From Octopus vulgaris (lineage: Eukaryota): a stretch of 64,000 nt of DNA. Every line of letters begins with the position of its first letter. The stretch's first letter is position 1. The notes beneath the pieces were generated by a model that had not been told where the DNA came from, searched no databases, and saw only the letters and a list, made by a program, of their open reading frames with translations. The stretch is taken from positions 32,240,001 through 32,304,000 of the forward strand of contig OX597829.1 in the NCBI GenBank assembly GCA_951406725.2, read 5' to 3'. Made by a program: the position numbers and the translations under genes. Shown in pieces: positions 51,801 to 61,494 of the stretch.

Positions 51801-54800
51801 GACCATGGAGGACATGTCCTATTCAGAGGGTTCCAGTTCTTTTGCAAACCTGAACACAAAAGAAGATTGGTGGCTTATCGGAACAGTATGGCTTTTCATT
51901 TTCTGGATCATATTGGAATCTGCTATACTGATCGATTGACATATCTAAAAGAGAAATGTAAAAGTTAAAATCCAGTGCTTGTTGCAGAACATCTCGTTAC
52001 ATTTCCCTTTGATTTGTAGCCTGCTAAAGTTTGTTCAAAAATACCCTGCACACCTGTGTGTATGTGTGGTGTGGTGTGGTGTGTGTGTGTATGTGCATGC
52101 ATATGAATGAGAGCTATCAAATATGACTTTTCATTTTGAATGCTTACCATTGTGAGTGTAGCATGTCTTGATTCATTCTTAATCAGCACATTGATATTTG
52201 TCTATGTACCAGCTTCAGTATCTGTTAAGTTGTGTTGCTGTTGAATTGTTTGTAGACATTCTGATGTCATTATTGGTCATACCATCATTCAAACCTGGCA
52301 GCCTACTTAGATAAGGTTACAAACTAGCCTATTTTATGAAAACAGCATAAAAAAATAGTGGACATATATTATGTTAGTAGCTAGAATTGAATTAGGATTT
52401 TTCATTATTTTGTACTGGGATTGTTTTACACACACATAGATGCTTAATTGTAAATGATTTTTTTTTTATTTAAGAAATTATTATTGAAATAAATAGGTTA
52501 TTTAAAACTTAGGTCTCACATTTGCTCTTTCTTGATGACACATTACTGATTTTTACTCCATTTACTTGGCTGTAAAAAGAAAGTGGGGTGTGGGGGAGCG
52601 CAATATTAGTTGTACTTCATAGTTATGACTGGTTACCAGTGGAAGACAGCAGACATTCTATATATATATATTTATATATATATATATATAAAAGTATATA
52701 TTACTTCAGGAATTCTTATGCATTGGCTCAAATTTATGAACCTTATTTTAAGTGAATAAAGACAGTTAAGATAGCTGAAAATATTTAAAAAAAAACCAGA
52801 AACTTGAATAGATTTCTATCACTGGGATATTATTCAGATTAAAGTTATCAAGTTGAAAATCTATGACTGGAGTTGTGTTGGATCGCATTTCTCATGGTTC
52901 TCTATCACTTTTGATGAATATTCCAGTTCTTTGATTAGTTGAACTGTATACACATTAAATTACAATATAAATGGCTGACTATTCTATAAACATATGTACT
53001 GTTCATGTAGTTCTCAGGCTTGACACAATGTATGACTAGGCCAGTCTTTTGAATTACAAGTACAATAGGACATTTGAGAAGCTTCCACAGTTTCTGATAA
53101 CCCAGTTTTATTCACAAGGCTTGGGTTAATTTAAGGATCTGTAATAAAAGATACTGTACTTCGTCTGTTTCCAGAAGCAAGTGTCTAGCCCCAAGTACAC
53201 ATACCATCTCTCCATTCATGGATACAACATAAAAGAAACACAATGTTTGCAGCATCCAAAGAGCTGCAGGAGATATCAGATATTAAATATAACTATACAT
53301 ATCTGCCTTAGGCTCCCTCACTCCAGATTTTCTATAAGGCTTTCCTCCCTTAGCCTTTTGTTGAACACTCTAGGCAACAAGGGTTTATTATAGTGGGCAT
53401 AGTTTGTGTAGAGCCAATCTTGCTCATTCTTCAAACTTGTATTAGTCTTCTGTAACAAGTGCCATGAGCCCAGTAATTATCAACAGTAGGATTCATATGG
53501 AGTTACCTTCCCTTAGATGCCCTGGGGCTGTTGGGATGTCTGTGAGTGACTTTCTTACATAATCACACACTCTCAACTGTCATTTAAACAGTACCACATA
53601 TTTTTAGGTCTTCAATTTTTAAGACTTGGTATCAAACTAAACCATTTAACTAAAACTAATGCCAAACCATAAGAATATTCAACTATATCTGTATCATAGT
53701 TTTCCTTAATGTGAGTAACACTAGAATTTTTTCGACTTGGTAGTCCAAAATGAAGAAAATCTAATTTGAGTTGGTTTTAATTTACTAGTGGTAGAAAGTA
53801 TACTTAATTATAATTAGTTAGGATTATAATTTATTTGTATAAAATATGCTTAAGCTTCAGATAGCTTTACTTGTAGTGATTGTTAAATTGCTCTTCAGCA
53901 TTCGGGAATGTCAAAAACACTGTTAACAGGAAATATAATGAATATGAATGTAACCACAAGGGTACACTTGTATATTCTGTAGAACATCTCTACTCTCATT
54001 CAAAGATGTTTGAGAATGCATGTTTGTCTGCACACATATAATTACCGTATTTGACGGTATATTAGACGCACTGGCATATTAGACGCACCCTCATTTCAGC
54101 AGGTCAAATTCAGGAAAAAATAGTTTTAAGTGTATTTAAGCATATATTGTTGAAAGCAGTCTAGCAGCACATTACAAAAGCAGAAAATATTGCTGTATAA
54201 AAGCAAGCATACAAAAGGAAAGCATACAAATTACAATAGCCGTGAGGGTGTTGCCATAGCCGTGAGGGTGCTTGTACTGTTGTAGTGTGTTTTGTTATGA
54301 TCATAAACTTTGTTGTACCAAGATATCCAACCTACCTCCGTATATACACGAACTCGCAACGATCATGTAGTTTTACTCCTCACTGTCAGATGGCATCGAG
54401 TTAGGGTTCCGATCAGCTGATATTAGTAAACGTGTGTCATGGATCGCAGCCTAACAATTTACAGTAGATTGCTTTGATTTTTACGATAATTCGTATTTTA
54501 AAGTAATAATACTGGTAATAATAATAATAATAATACTAGCAATAAAATAATGATGCATGAGTACGGAAAATATCATTAAGGCGTTAGCGTAGGTAGAAAT
54601 ACTTATCGTAAGCTAGGTTAGTGAGCGTCTGGGAGAAGATTAGCCTACTGGAGGGTCTTGACTTCGCATATTAGACGCAGGGCGATTTTTTGAGCCAAAT
54701 TTTTTGGAAAAAAGTGCATCCTATATGCCGTCAAATACGGTATATATAATGTATGTATGTATACTTAGGTTTATCAGTGTTTGCAAATGTGTACAAGTTT

Positions 54801-55707
54801 ACCCAGGAAATAGTGTGGTTGTTATAGAGAGATAAATAGGATTCGGAAGCATTTTTACATTTATCTGCCCCTTTTTTCCCGACTTTTTTTTTTTTTGCCT
54901 GAAAGATATTTATGGAAAGAGAGAACTTTTTTTCATTTGAAATTATTACTACAAGTTAGACAAACTAATTAAATTTAAAATGTTTTTGAAATAGAATGAT
55001 AATAAAAATGATTATTAAACTGATAATAAATTGTTTTTGAAAGAAAGAGCATAGGATTGTAAAATGCCACAGTGCTGAATATTTAATCGCATCTGTGTTC
55101 TATGTACCTCTGCCCCCTGTATAAATGGGGCTTCTAAGAGATCAGTATGGTTGTATATACATAAAAAAAGTGTAGTTTCAAATCTTTGACATTGTTTCAA
55201 GTTTAAATCCTGCTGCAGAGGTGGATTTTTCATTTTGTCATCACTTTGAGTTAGAGATCAATAATATACATGGCTGATTCAGTTAATTATGCTCCCTTCC
55301 CTACAAAGTTTTCACTTTACATCTTGTTCAAAAAGTATCACTGTCATATGTTATGACTATTGTAATTAAGCTGACTCTTACATTCATTATTCTGCAGCAG
55401 GTGGGTGGAAAATGAAGCAAAATTTAATGGAAAATTAAAAGCACGAAAATATTGTTACATATTACATTATTAAATAAGATGTAGTAAAAAAAAAAAAAAA
55501 AAAAGTGTTTGTGGGAAATAGAAATAGTAAATTATCAAAACAGTTATTTCAAAACAGGTTGGAATGAGAATTATGATAATGTCTGCATGCTGCATGCCAT
55601 TTTGATGTTTTTAATTGCTTGTTCCATTTTTATAAATCTTTTCCTTTCTCATGATTACCATCCGAAAACATCAGAAAGTGATAAGGAAAATGACAGAGAG
55701 TCTACTG
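20213..55707 (+). CDS. SPAG9/MAPK8IP3: JNK-interacting protein 3/4 ortholog (Sunday driver/UNC-16 family), partial multi-exon CDS: join(20213..20333,24486..24556,25254..25345,29896..30185,34765..35031,44601..44703,47046..47131,48449..48484,55675..55707); 5' and 3' parts outside window
   Basis: All junctions are AG/GT with matching phases (0,1,0,2,1,1,2,1,1,1). Spliced peptide includes [74 protein letters not shown] and NESIYNEFAMQDSDLIGDVDFGADITG. These match JIP3/JIP4 blocks as I recall them ([48 protein letters not shown]). Confidence 0.93.
20470..20770 (-). mobile_element. SINE family A variant
   Basis: TTTCTGCCTATCAAATCCACCCAC...AACCACACAGCCATACCTGCA head in reverse; body similar to 2000-2298. 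Confidence 0.6.
21469..21667. mobile_element. Degenerate piggyBac-like MITE
   Basis: TCAA|CCCTTTGTTACC ... TATAAAAATGGGA|TTAA, imperfect termini and TTAA-like flanks. Confidence 0.45.
23069..24095 (+). mobile_element. Non-autonomous Helentron/DINE-like (HINE-type) element
   Basis: 5' TTACC...GGAGG then TTTGTTTGTCC; 3' CCTTGGCAGAGGT followed by hairpin GCACTC-TCT-GAGTGC (24077-24091); internal ~38-bp direct repeat at 23214-23251 and 23886-23923. Confidence 0.6.
23630..23800 (+). pseudogene. Ty3/Gypsy integrase C-terminal (GPY/F) fragment
   Basis: VKPLLAAPYAGPFHFLSHTDKFFPIDLNGRKDTISMYRLK resembles the Gypsy consensus PLQPPYDGPYxVLxRxDKYFxIxxNGRxDTVSIDRLKPA. Confidence 0.8.
24100..24445 (-). 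mobile_element. SINE family A variant, degenerate
   Basis: GTTTCCATCAATTCCATTCACAAAGC...GGACTGAACCCAAAACCACATGGTTGC. Confidence 0.6.
24486..24556 (+). CDS. SPAG9/MAPK8IP3: JIP3/4 exon ((V)[23 protein letters not shown])
   Basis: Poly-T tract + ctAG, GAG|GTAAGG donor, 71 nt, phase 1 to 0. Confidence 0.95.
24590..24780 (+). mobile_element. SINE family B
   Basis: GAGTTTATATTCTACCAAGGTCAGTTTTGTCTTTCATCC...AAGTACCAGTATAGTACTGGGG; begins ~35 nt after the exon donor. Confidence 0.65.
25254..25345 (+). CDS. SPAG9/MAPK8IP3: JIP3/4 exon (LFRTHMDYMERAKIVMGTDRLADLANSPRV)
   Basis: Pyrimidine tract + tacAG, AAA|GTATGT donor, 92 nt, phase 0 to 2; continues the coiled coil. Confidence 0.92.
26067..26450. 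repeat. Unclassified ~380-bp interspersed repeat (copy 1; copy 2 at 53163-53520)
   Basis: Collinear similarity, e.g. TCATGAATACAACATAAAAGAAA and CATTCTTCAAACTTGTATT. Confidence 0.8.
26810..27030 (+). mobile_element. SINE family B
   Basis: GAGGTCAATTTTGCCTGTCATTCTTTTGCAGGGGTTGATAAAATAAA. Confidence 0.6.
27203..27302. other. Assembly gap (100 N)
   Basis: Run of exactly 100 N, probably a placeholder of unknown true length. Confidence 0.99.
28330..28720 (-). mobile_element. SINE family A, near full length
   Basis: TTTTACTTGTTTGTCATTGGACTTGCAGCC...GAAGACACTTGTCCAAGGTGCC...GCCATGTCTGCACCT. Confidence 0.82.
28880..29040 (+). mobile_element. SINE family B, degenerate
   Basis: TTCTGAGCTCAAATCC...CTCTGGGGCTGATAAAATAA. 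Confidence 0.55.
29896..30185 (+). CDS. SPAG9/MAPK8IP3: JIP3/4 exon, JNK-docking region and S/T/P-rich linker (SGFQLPNLRPVNVNIYGG...ESGTAT)
   Basis: tttatAG acceptor, GA|GTAAGA donor, 290 nt open in the phase required (2 to 1); GC/CpG-richer than flanks; RPxxVxI motif where JIP3 has RPTSLNV. Confidence 0.88.
34597..34638. repeat. (TA)n microsatellite
   Basis: Perfect TA run upstream of exon 34765. Confidence 0.95.
34765..35031 (+). CDS. SPAG9/MAPK8IP3: JIP3/4 probable cassette exon, acidic disordered linker (IADTGSKTVDAGKQP...NEPLPPL)
   Basis: ctcactAG acceptor, TTG|GTGAGT donor, 267 nt (89 codons), stop-free, phase 1 to 1, codon-like composition; no recognised homology. Confidence 0.8.
35155..35216. 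repeat. (TA)n microsatellite
   Basis: Perfect TA run downstream of exon 35031. Confidence 0.95.
35371..35467. repeat. 49-bp tandem duplication
   Basis: GTGAATGTAATTTCTATGxAGTAGxGAAAAGCAACAGCTGAAxTTTTG x2. Confidence 0.9.
36200..36591 (-). mobile_element. Short tRNA-headed, hammerhead-containing (Penelope-type) non-autonomous element with inverted partial duplicate
   Basis: Minus strand from 36447: GGTTAAGAGCGTGGGCTACTGATCCCAAGATTCCGAGTTCGATTCC (tRNA-like A/B boxes), (AAT)n, then hammerhead. Arms 36295-36424 and 36447-36591 are reverse complements. Confidence 0.75.
36277..36322 (-). ncRNA. Minimal type I hammerhead ribozyme
   Basis: GACAC CUGAUGA A GGCUG-gagggUauau-CAGCC GAA ACGU U GUGUU: conserved core, stem I GACAC/GUGUU, stem II GGCUG/CAGCC, palindromic loopless stem III ACGU; predicted cut after GUU (between 36282 and 36281). 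Confidence 0.75.
36790..36995 (+). mobile_element. SINE family C, degenerate
   Basis: GTGGTTGGTGTTATGAAGGGCATCCAGCTG...TGGACATTAAATGATG. Confidence 0.65.
37029..37190. repeat. 81-bp tandem duplication (1 mismatch)
   Basis: 37029-37109 vs 37110-37190, differing at GAAC/GAAA. Confidence 0.95.
37520..37680 (-). mobile_element. SINE family A 5' part, degenerate
   Basis: GTCTATCAAATTTCACTCAC...GGGATTGAACTTGAAATCATATG. Confidence 0.55.
40607..41802 (-). mobile_element. Full-length decayed mariner element (~1.2 kb)
   Basis: Imperfect TIRs TA|TGAAGGTTGGCTGAAAAATTCGTAGGCT and AGCATATGAACTTCTCAATCCACCCTTG|TA; minus-strand remnants KWTAEYTRGRENLEDD, FH*DNAPAH, HPTYSPNLAPSD, QALQH*WKKCVDLKGD. Confidence 0.9.
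42697..43040 (+). mobile_element. SINE family A with internal (TG)n
   Basis: GGTTCAATCCCACC..GGCACCTTGGGCGAG...GCATGGCTGTAGTCTAATGACTGGAACAAGTAAAAG. Confidence 0.85.
43140..43785 (-). mobile_element. 5'-truncated RTE-clade LINE (3' end)
   Basis: Minus-strand remnants ACEAWMLYR..LECFQQ..QILNIQWENHIT..EVLRR..LCWAGHIQR..LPRIMLY*EL..GARPRG..FKDQLK; flanked by ATAC-type simple repeats. Confidence 0.85.
44601..44703 (+). CDS. SPAG9/MAPK8IP3: JIP3/4 exon ([33 protein letters not shown])
   Basis: tttcAG acceptor, CAA|GTATGT donor, 103 nt, phase 1 to 2; conserved IIxxTPELD motif. Confidence 0.9.
44750..45180 (+). mobile_element. Two tandem SINE family B copies (Nin-domain-like)
   Basis: Second copy AGGCAGTGAACTAGCAGAATTGTTAG...AGTTCAAATCCC..GAGGTCAACTTGGCCTTTAATCTTTCTGGGAATGATAAAGTACC; first copy more diverged. 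Confidence 0.75.
45181..45541 (+). mobile_element. Non-autonomous Helitron (361 bp)
   Basis: A|TCTCTCTATATATAAA...GCAATGCTAG|T: 5' TC, 3' CTAG, inserted between A and T with no TSD; subterminal TGTC microsatellite; CpG retained. Confidence 0.8.
46430..46625. mobile_element. SINE family C-like fragment
   Basis: GTGGTTTACTTTAGGAAGAGCATCCAG variant of the Meta-like motif preceded by a diverged duplicated unit. Confidence 0.45.
47046..47131 (+). CDS. SPAG9/MAPK8IP3: JIP3/4 exon (INNESIYNEFAMQDSDLIGDVDFGADIT)
   Basis: Long poly-T + tgcAG, CTG|GTAAGT donor, 86 nt, phase 2 to 1; conserved LIGDVDxGAD motif. Confidence 0.93.
47595..48136 (-). mobile_element. Young SINE family C copy with internal 63-bp VNTR
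   Basis: (ATC)n tail, GCTGGATGCCCTTCCTAACGCCAACC motif, CpG-rich. Confidence 0.85.
47771..48056. repeat. 63-bp GC-rich tandem repeat, ~4.5 units
   Basis: Units start at ~47771, 47834, 47897, 47959, 48025; divergence increases rightwards. Confidence 0.9.
48449..48484 (+). CDS. SPAG9/MAPK8IP3: JIP3/4 36-nt microexon ((G)SAVNPGEYASS)
   Basis: ttatacAG acceptor, CAG|GTATTT donor, phase 1 to 1; PGEYASS resembles the peptide I recall preceding the LZII in protostome Syd proteins. Confidence 0.82.
49180..49485 (+). mobile_element. SINE family A, 5'-truncated
   Basis: CCACTGCATGGCATCTTGGGCAAGTGTCTT...CAGCATGACTGCAGTCCAATGACT. Confidence 0.8.
53163..53520. repeat. Unclassified interspersed repeat (copy 2 of 26067-26450)
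   Basis: Collinear, same orientation as copy 1. Confidence 0.8.
54045..54740. mobile_element. Tc1/mariner-superfamily (pogo/Tc2-like) MITE, 696 bp
   Basis: TA|CCGTATTTGACGGTATATTAGACGCAC ... GTGCATCCTATATGCCGTCAAATACGG|TA; ~27-bp TIR, TA TSD, ATATTAGACGCA repeated three times, no ORF. Confidence 0.9.
55675..55707 (+). CDS. SPAG9/MAPK8IP3: Candidate JIP3/4 33-nt microexon ((E)SDKENDREST)
   Basis: catcAG acceptor after an AG-free pyrimidine tract, CTG|GTATGT donor, phase 1 to 1, purine-rich, two TGCATG upstream. Confidence 0.6.
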
Positions 55708-57659
55708 GTATGTTTCTCTCCCCTGTTGCTCCTGCTTGTGGAATACTGCTTTATATGCCTGCTTCTGGATTTTTTCATTTCTTTTTTCCTTTTTTTTTTT
55801 ATTTGAACTTTTACAGTTTTGTCCTAAAGTATTAATTTATATAATTATCTCTCGCACTTGAAACAATTTTTGTTTAACCTCAGAGCTAAAACCCCTACAT
55901 ATTTAATATCTTATTGCCCAACTTACTTAAATAATATTGCTCTATAAAATCTAATATAAAACATCTAAAATATAAATCTAATATAAAAATCTGAGTTAGA
56001 GCTACTTCAAATCAGTAACCCATATCTTTAGACATGAAACTTATTTACTATGTCCGTGTCAATTGATTTGATGTTAAATTATCATTGTCTTTTTCTTGGA
56101 TGTGCATGTACATAGTACCAGATTGTATTTGAACCATAGATCTTGGTTTTTAAGTTAAAGGAACATGTGTTAGTGAAAAAGTTAGGTTAAAAGTTCCTAG
56201 TTTGAATTCACTCTGGTGTTGTACCATATCCAAGAATAAAACACTGATGTCATTTAGAGATCAAACCAATCAAAGCATAGCATAAGTATAAATAATAATG
56301 AAGTCTCATATCTAAAGACAAGCTAAATAGTCTGGAAGATTACAATCCTATTTAATAACGCTTGTTTAAAAAAATAAGTGTGACATAATAACAAAATTAA
56401 TTCCAAATAACAAGATTAATTCAAAATTTGTATACAATTTTTACTTACTATATTTTGTACTCTTAGAATAAAATATTTAGTAACATCATCCCTCCTTTTG
56501 TGTCTCCTCTTGTGGGGGGGGAGGCATGTAACAGAAGTAGCAGTTACATGCCAGTGGATTTCAGTTAGTGACCCAGAGGCATGAACATCACAACATCCCA
56601 TGAGCTTGTAAACAAATATTTTTAAAATTATTGTGACAATTTTTATTTTCTATTTTTACATCTTGATCAATAAGCAGTCAGCATGACCATTACAAATTCA
56701 GTTAAACTACAAGAATTAGTGAAGTGATAAATGGTTGATGACTTTTTATGCTTAAGTTAAAAACAAAAGTAAAAAAGTGTCAAAATTTTAGCCAATTTTT
56801 TTTTTTTTGAGATGGATGGTTTTGGTAAGGTCATACTTAAATTTTTTAATGACAAGATTATTATACGTAGAATATTTGGCATGTAAACATGATTTTTTAA
56901 AGAACATTTAATAGTACAAGTTAAAGTGCTTAAATACTTAATTATCAACTCATTGTTTTGGAAATGCCAGAATTTTGAATATTTGAATGATTAAATTCAC
57001 TTGCAGGAGCTAAGTTTTTCTTCATACTCTTTATCAAATTTGTAAGTTCTCAGCAGTTTAAGTAGGAGATGCTTTCCAACTGGCTTAAATAATCAATTTA
57101 AGTTTTTTTCATTTTCTTCTAAATTGGTTAGTACTTCACCAGTTACTGAGTCATTAAAGTAAATCAAACCAGACAAAATAGCTCATTCCATAAAATTCTG
57201 ATTTCTGTAAAACTCTTGTCTCAGTGATGGTTCAGTAATTCCATCATTTCACATATTTTGCTGATTCAAATAAAATTTGCATTTTATTTTCTCCTGGGCA
57301 TTAGTTTCTTTTTAACTTAGGACTTTTAGTCTTAATTCTTCCCATACAGCTAGCCTCTCAGTCACCCTAGTTTTGAGCAAAGTCACCTTCTCCAGTGAAC
57401 CATGTCTTTCTCTCTTCTTTTGTTCCTATCTTGATAGTCATAGCTATCTTGGGTATTTGTTCTTTAAGTTTCACTTGCCTTCCTGCCACAGTCTCTTGCA
57501 GGCTGTGCCAGTTGACTCTCCTCAAGAGTTTGTGATTCTGTTCTTATATGTAAATTTTAAAGTACTGGCCCAGATCTTGTTCAATCTTCTGAACACTGCT
57601 GCTGTATACCAGATTCTGAACTTAACATCTGCTTCAGACCCCCCCCCCATCTCCTTAGC

Positions 57660-59690
57660 AATAACGCTACACAGCTAGGCGAAGTTTGTTACATTTTCAA
57701 AGGTTGTGTTTCATTTGCCACTTCTTCAGCCAATCTGGTCATCATTTATTGGGGCACTAAGTATGACTCTGCCAAGAGTGCAGTGTCATTGGCATAGCCC
57801 AGCACTGTTAGGTGTCTTCCTGCAGTCCACAGTTCTCCACATGACAGTCAATGACCTGAAAAAAACAACAGGGGTAACAGTATACAATCTTGTATCACTC
57901 CTGTGATGTTGAATTTTGTGTTGCTGCATGCAGCAGCTTGAATTGAATACAGACTCTTAAAGAGACAAGTTTTTCTGGGATACCATATGCATTGGCAATA
58001 CATCAAATTAAAATGCAAAGTCTTCACTGGAAGGCATTTTGTGTGATATTCCATTGAGAGAGGCAGATAATGGTACTATAGAGAAATCAAATTGATAAAA
58101 GTAAAGAGCTCTTTCAGATCTTCTTTGAACATGTTCAATTCCTATACTGGTGTTTAAAAATATCTGACCTAGCTAGATTTGCGTTGTACCTTAGTGATTC
58201 TCTATGTATACTGTTGAAAGCATTTTTGAAATTGATAAAACTGATGACCTGTTGTTGCTGGACTTCTATTCATTACTCCATGATTTTTCACAGTATAGAA
58301 ATTTAATTGGTGCATGATTTTCCTGCCCTGAATCCTGATTGCTCTTCTCTGAAGTTTTCATACAATTCCTCTTTCAAAACCTTTAAGATGACTAAGTATA
58401 AGACTTTGCCTGGCACTGACAGTAGGGTGAAGGCCCACTAGTTCCTGCAATTACTGAGATTACCTTTCTTTGGCAGTTTAACTATGACAACTTTTGTTCA
58501 ATCATCTGGTACTGCTCTGTTTTTTTTCCAACAGGTATTACACAATACATTTTCTCTTTTCTACTGTTGCTCAGCTGAGATCTGATCCAGTCCTGGAGAT
58601 TTATTGTTCTCTAGTCTTTTTGGAACCTGGTTGACTTCATCTTCACTAATAGGTGCTCTTGTAGCTTCACCGTAGCTTACCAAATGGCAGAATAGTTTGA
58701 AGTATCAAATAGTTCAGGCTGATTCAGTCTACTTGAAGTGATTCACCCAGTACACATTGATGACGGTCAGATGTCGTTATTCATGATCGATATTTTGTAG
58801 GGTCATCATCCTCTCTGAGATGACCAAGGAGACGAAAGGTAGCCCTTTGGCAGCTTTGTTGTTAACAGCAAAAGCCACACCTGAATCTCTTCCTTCTATC
58901 TTCTCAACCCAGGTGTAAATCTCCTCTTGCAACTGGTTCTGCCTTTCAGTCCTGGTCTCTTTTGTGATCAGAACTGTCCTCCTCTCAGGTATGAAGTCTC
59001 CATCAAGCATAGTACACATGTCCCACATAGCTATAGTCATCTTCACTTTCTTGCAATTTCTGCTGCTGAAGTGAAGTCTTGCTGCCACAGTGAACTGGTT
59101 AGGTTTTCTTCTGAGCAGGCTTTCTTTACCACACATTTCTTTAGAGGCTTTCCACTTCTAGGGAAGTGGGGGAGCATTGTCTCCTAAAAAGGGCTGCTCT
59201 TACATTCACACAACTGCCTCAGCCTGCTGGTACTCAGGATTAAGCATTGACAGCAACCGTCAGGTACAAGCCACCTGTGTGCAGAGCTCTTGCTAGCAGC
59301 TTTCAGTTATACCTACTGCTGTTACATTTACTCCATTGTAACAGGGCTTCCCACTTCTTTAACCCTTTAGTGTTCGCATTATTCTGCCAAAATTAATCCT
59401 TTTTCATCCACATTGTTTTTAACTAATCATGCATTATCTTCTATGAGATTTTGATGAGGTAGCTGTTAATTTTTAAAATGATATTGTAGGGTTGGTGTGA
59501 GAGAGCAGATCTGGCCAGTTTGAACATAAAACCGGCAGAATACTTTTGGCCGGATATGGCCGGTCTAAATGCTAAAGGGTTAAACAAAACACCTTGGACA
59601 GTGTGTAAGGCAGTTGGTCTCCCCCTATCACAAGACTGCCTCTCTGGCTAAGGGGTTGCTAGCATTTGCTCTAAGTGCCTCTATAGTCTA
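57660..59690 (-). mobile_element. Decayed RTE (BovB-like) LINE with endonuclease and RT remnants; putative 5' UTR interrupted by a MITE
   Basis: MTIAMWDMCTMLDGDFIPERRTVLI and DSGVAFAV..ISERMMTL (APE domain); REEQSGFRAGKSCT and FINFKNAFNSIHR (RT). Could be more than one element. Confidence 0.78.
59363..59579. mobile_element. piggyBac-like MITE
   Basis: TTAA|CCCTTTAG...CTAAAGGG|TTAA. Confidence 0.85.
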
Positions 59691-60199
59691 TGGACAGAAA
59701 CAGAACAGGTGATTTATATAATAAGTAAAATTTTAAACACCTTGATTAAATTTGAAAAACAAATAGTGTCAAAAATGCTCAGTTTTGTCCACTTGTCATT
59801 CCATTTTAATGATCTGAAAATACACAAAAATCAAGAAAATTTAAAAATCAAAACACTCTATCTTGTAGAGCAAAAAATTATCTTTGCCAATGCATTTCAT
59901 TTCTGCATGCATTTTTAAATTGGGGTGGGGGGTGCTCATGAATTATTCCTCAACTCAATTATTATGTTGCAGGACAAAATGCCTATTTAGTCTCTAAACT
60001 CACTTTCTGTTTGGATTAGATTTTTTCACTGTTCTGGGGTTTTATAAAATTGAGGAGAGCCTTTTCTAAAATCACTCTGCTTAATTTGATATTTTGTCTT
60101 CTGAAATGCTTGAAAATGGGACTGCTTGAAATTATTATTCATCAATACATGTACTAAAAGTGGAATTGTAGAGATTATTATTACTGTTCCTTTTGTACT

Positions 60200-61120
60200 C
60201 CTTGTAGTGTTGGGCCCTGTTCCAACGTGTGATCTTCTGGACTGCATACATACATACATGTATATGTATTGTTTAGTATACAATTATTGAAACTCTCCAT
60301 TCTTTTCTTCCATTTTGCTTTGATGACCTCTGGTGTTACTTGTCTTCATATTTCACATCTTGATAATTTCATTGTCTAAATTTTGTACTTGATCAGCTTC
60401 TTTGCAACTTTCACTGAAGTGTTTCTTTCAGAAGATAGGTTTAGTTTTTTTATGCTGTGCTAATTATCACTAGCTAATTGGCTTTTATCTGTTACTGTGG
60501 ATGGGTATATCCCACAAGATAGTGGCATCATTGTTGTCATTGACAATATTTGGTTGAAGCTTATACCACTTCATGGTTTCTTGATTCTATAACTACTGTA
60601 TATTTTCCATTCACCACAGCCATGTTATTCCTGTGGATGTATTTGATCTTTAATAGTTCAAGACATCCAGAGATACTGTGGCTAATGTTTTTTTTCTTGA
60701 ATTTTTAATCTTATTTTCCATGGATCCAGCACTGTTTTGTCCTTGATGATGCGTTAGTGATAGGATTTGTTTGCAATATTCTGATCTTGTACAACAATTA
60801 TCAGACCCTCTGTATCTGCTTTCATTCCAATGCTGTTTAGCCATTGTTGTCCTCACTTGGTTTATGTCTGCATCCATTTTGGGCACTTCAGATGCATTAA
60901 CATGTCTCCACAAGTTTTCTGCCATTGAGACTGGGCATGGTGTAATAGTTTTAAATCTGTTGATCACATTGAATTCAAGTTTTTGATGCCATATGCCTTT
61001 TTCTCTTGTGTACCCTACACTTGAGACTGTCCCAGGTTTCATGACATAAACTTACTGTTCTAAAGTATTTCACCACCTTGTCCCACACCTTCCTGGGTCT
61101 ATCTCTTCCACAGGTTCCTT
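60200..61120 (-). mobile_element. Decayed R4/Dong-like (RLE) non-LTR retrotransposon 3' region
   Basis: Minus-strand GMKADTEGLIIVVQDQ, SGC..YIHRNN, WYKLQPNIVNDNNDATILWDIPIH, KLIKYKNLDNEIIKM across frameshifts. Confidence 0.75.
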
Positions 61121-61369
61121 CCACAATTAGCGATTAGCACTTCATGCAGCATTGAAGGTAAACCTAAGCATGCAAAATAATCATTCAAACAAAGTGAATT
61201 TTTGTTGAGGCCTCCTCAAGGACCATTAACCACTTGGTTTGTTACACAACTGGAGAATCATTTTTGCTTTTTGTACCTCTCGAAACTTTGCAGATATGGC
61301 ATCATTGTTCCAGTTGTTTACATTGAGCTTGCTTCACTTCTTTCAAAATTGCTTTGTGCCTAAATTACA

Positions 61370-61490
61370 AACAATTATTGCCATTAGACAAAATGTCAAG
61401 CAGTATTTAGTTATGGCCATTTACATTCTGAATTCGAATTCTGCTGAAGTTGACTGCTTCCTTTCATTTTATTAGTCAGTGAAGTACCAC
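61370..61490 (+). mobile_element. SINE family B fragment
   Basis: TTCTGAATTCGAATTCTGCTGAAGTTGACTGCTTCCTTTCAT...AAGTACC; abuts the following MITE. Confidence 0.55.
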
Positions 61491-61494
61491 TTAA

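Noticed and set aside
51300-52000. Possible LINE 3' remnant on the minus strand
   Set aside because: Composition is suggestive but I could not read diagnostic motifs with confidence.
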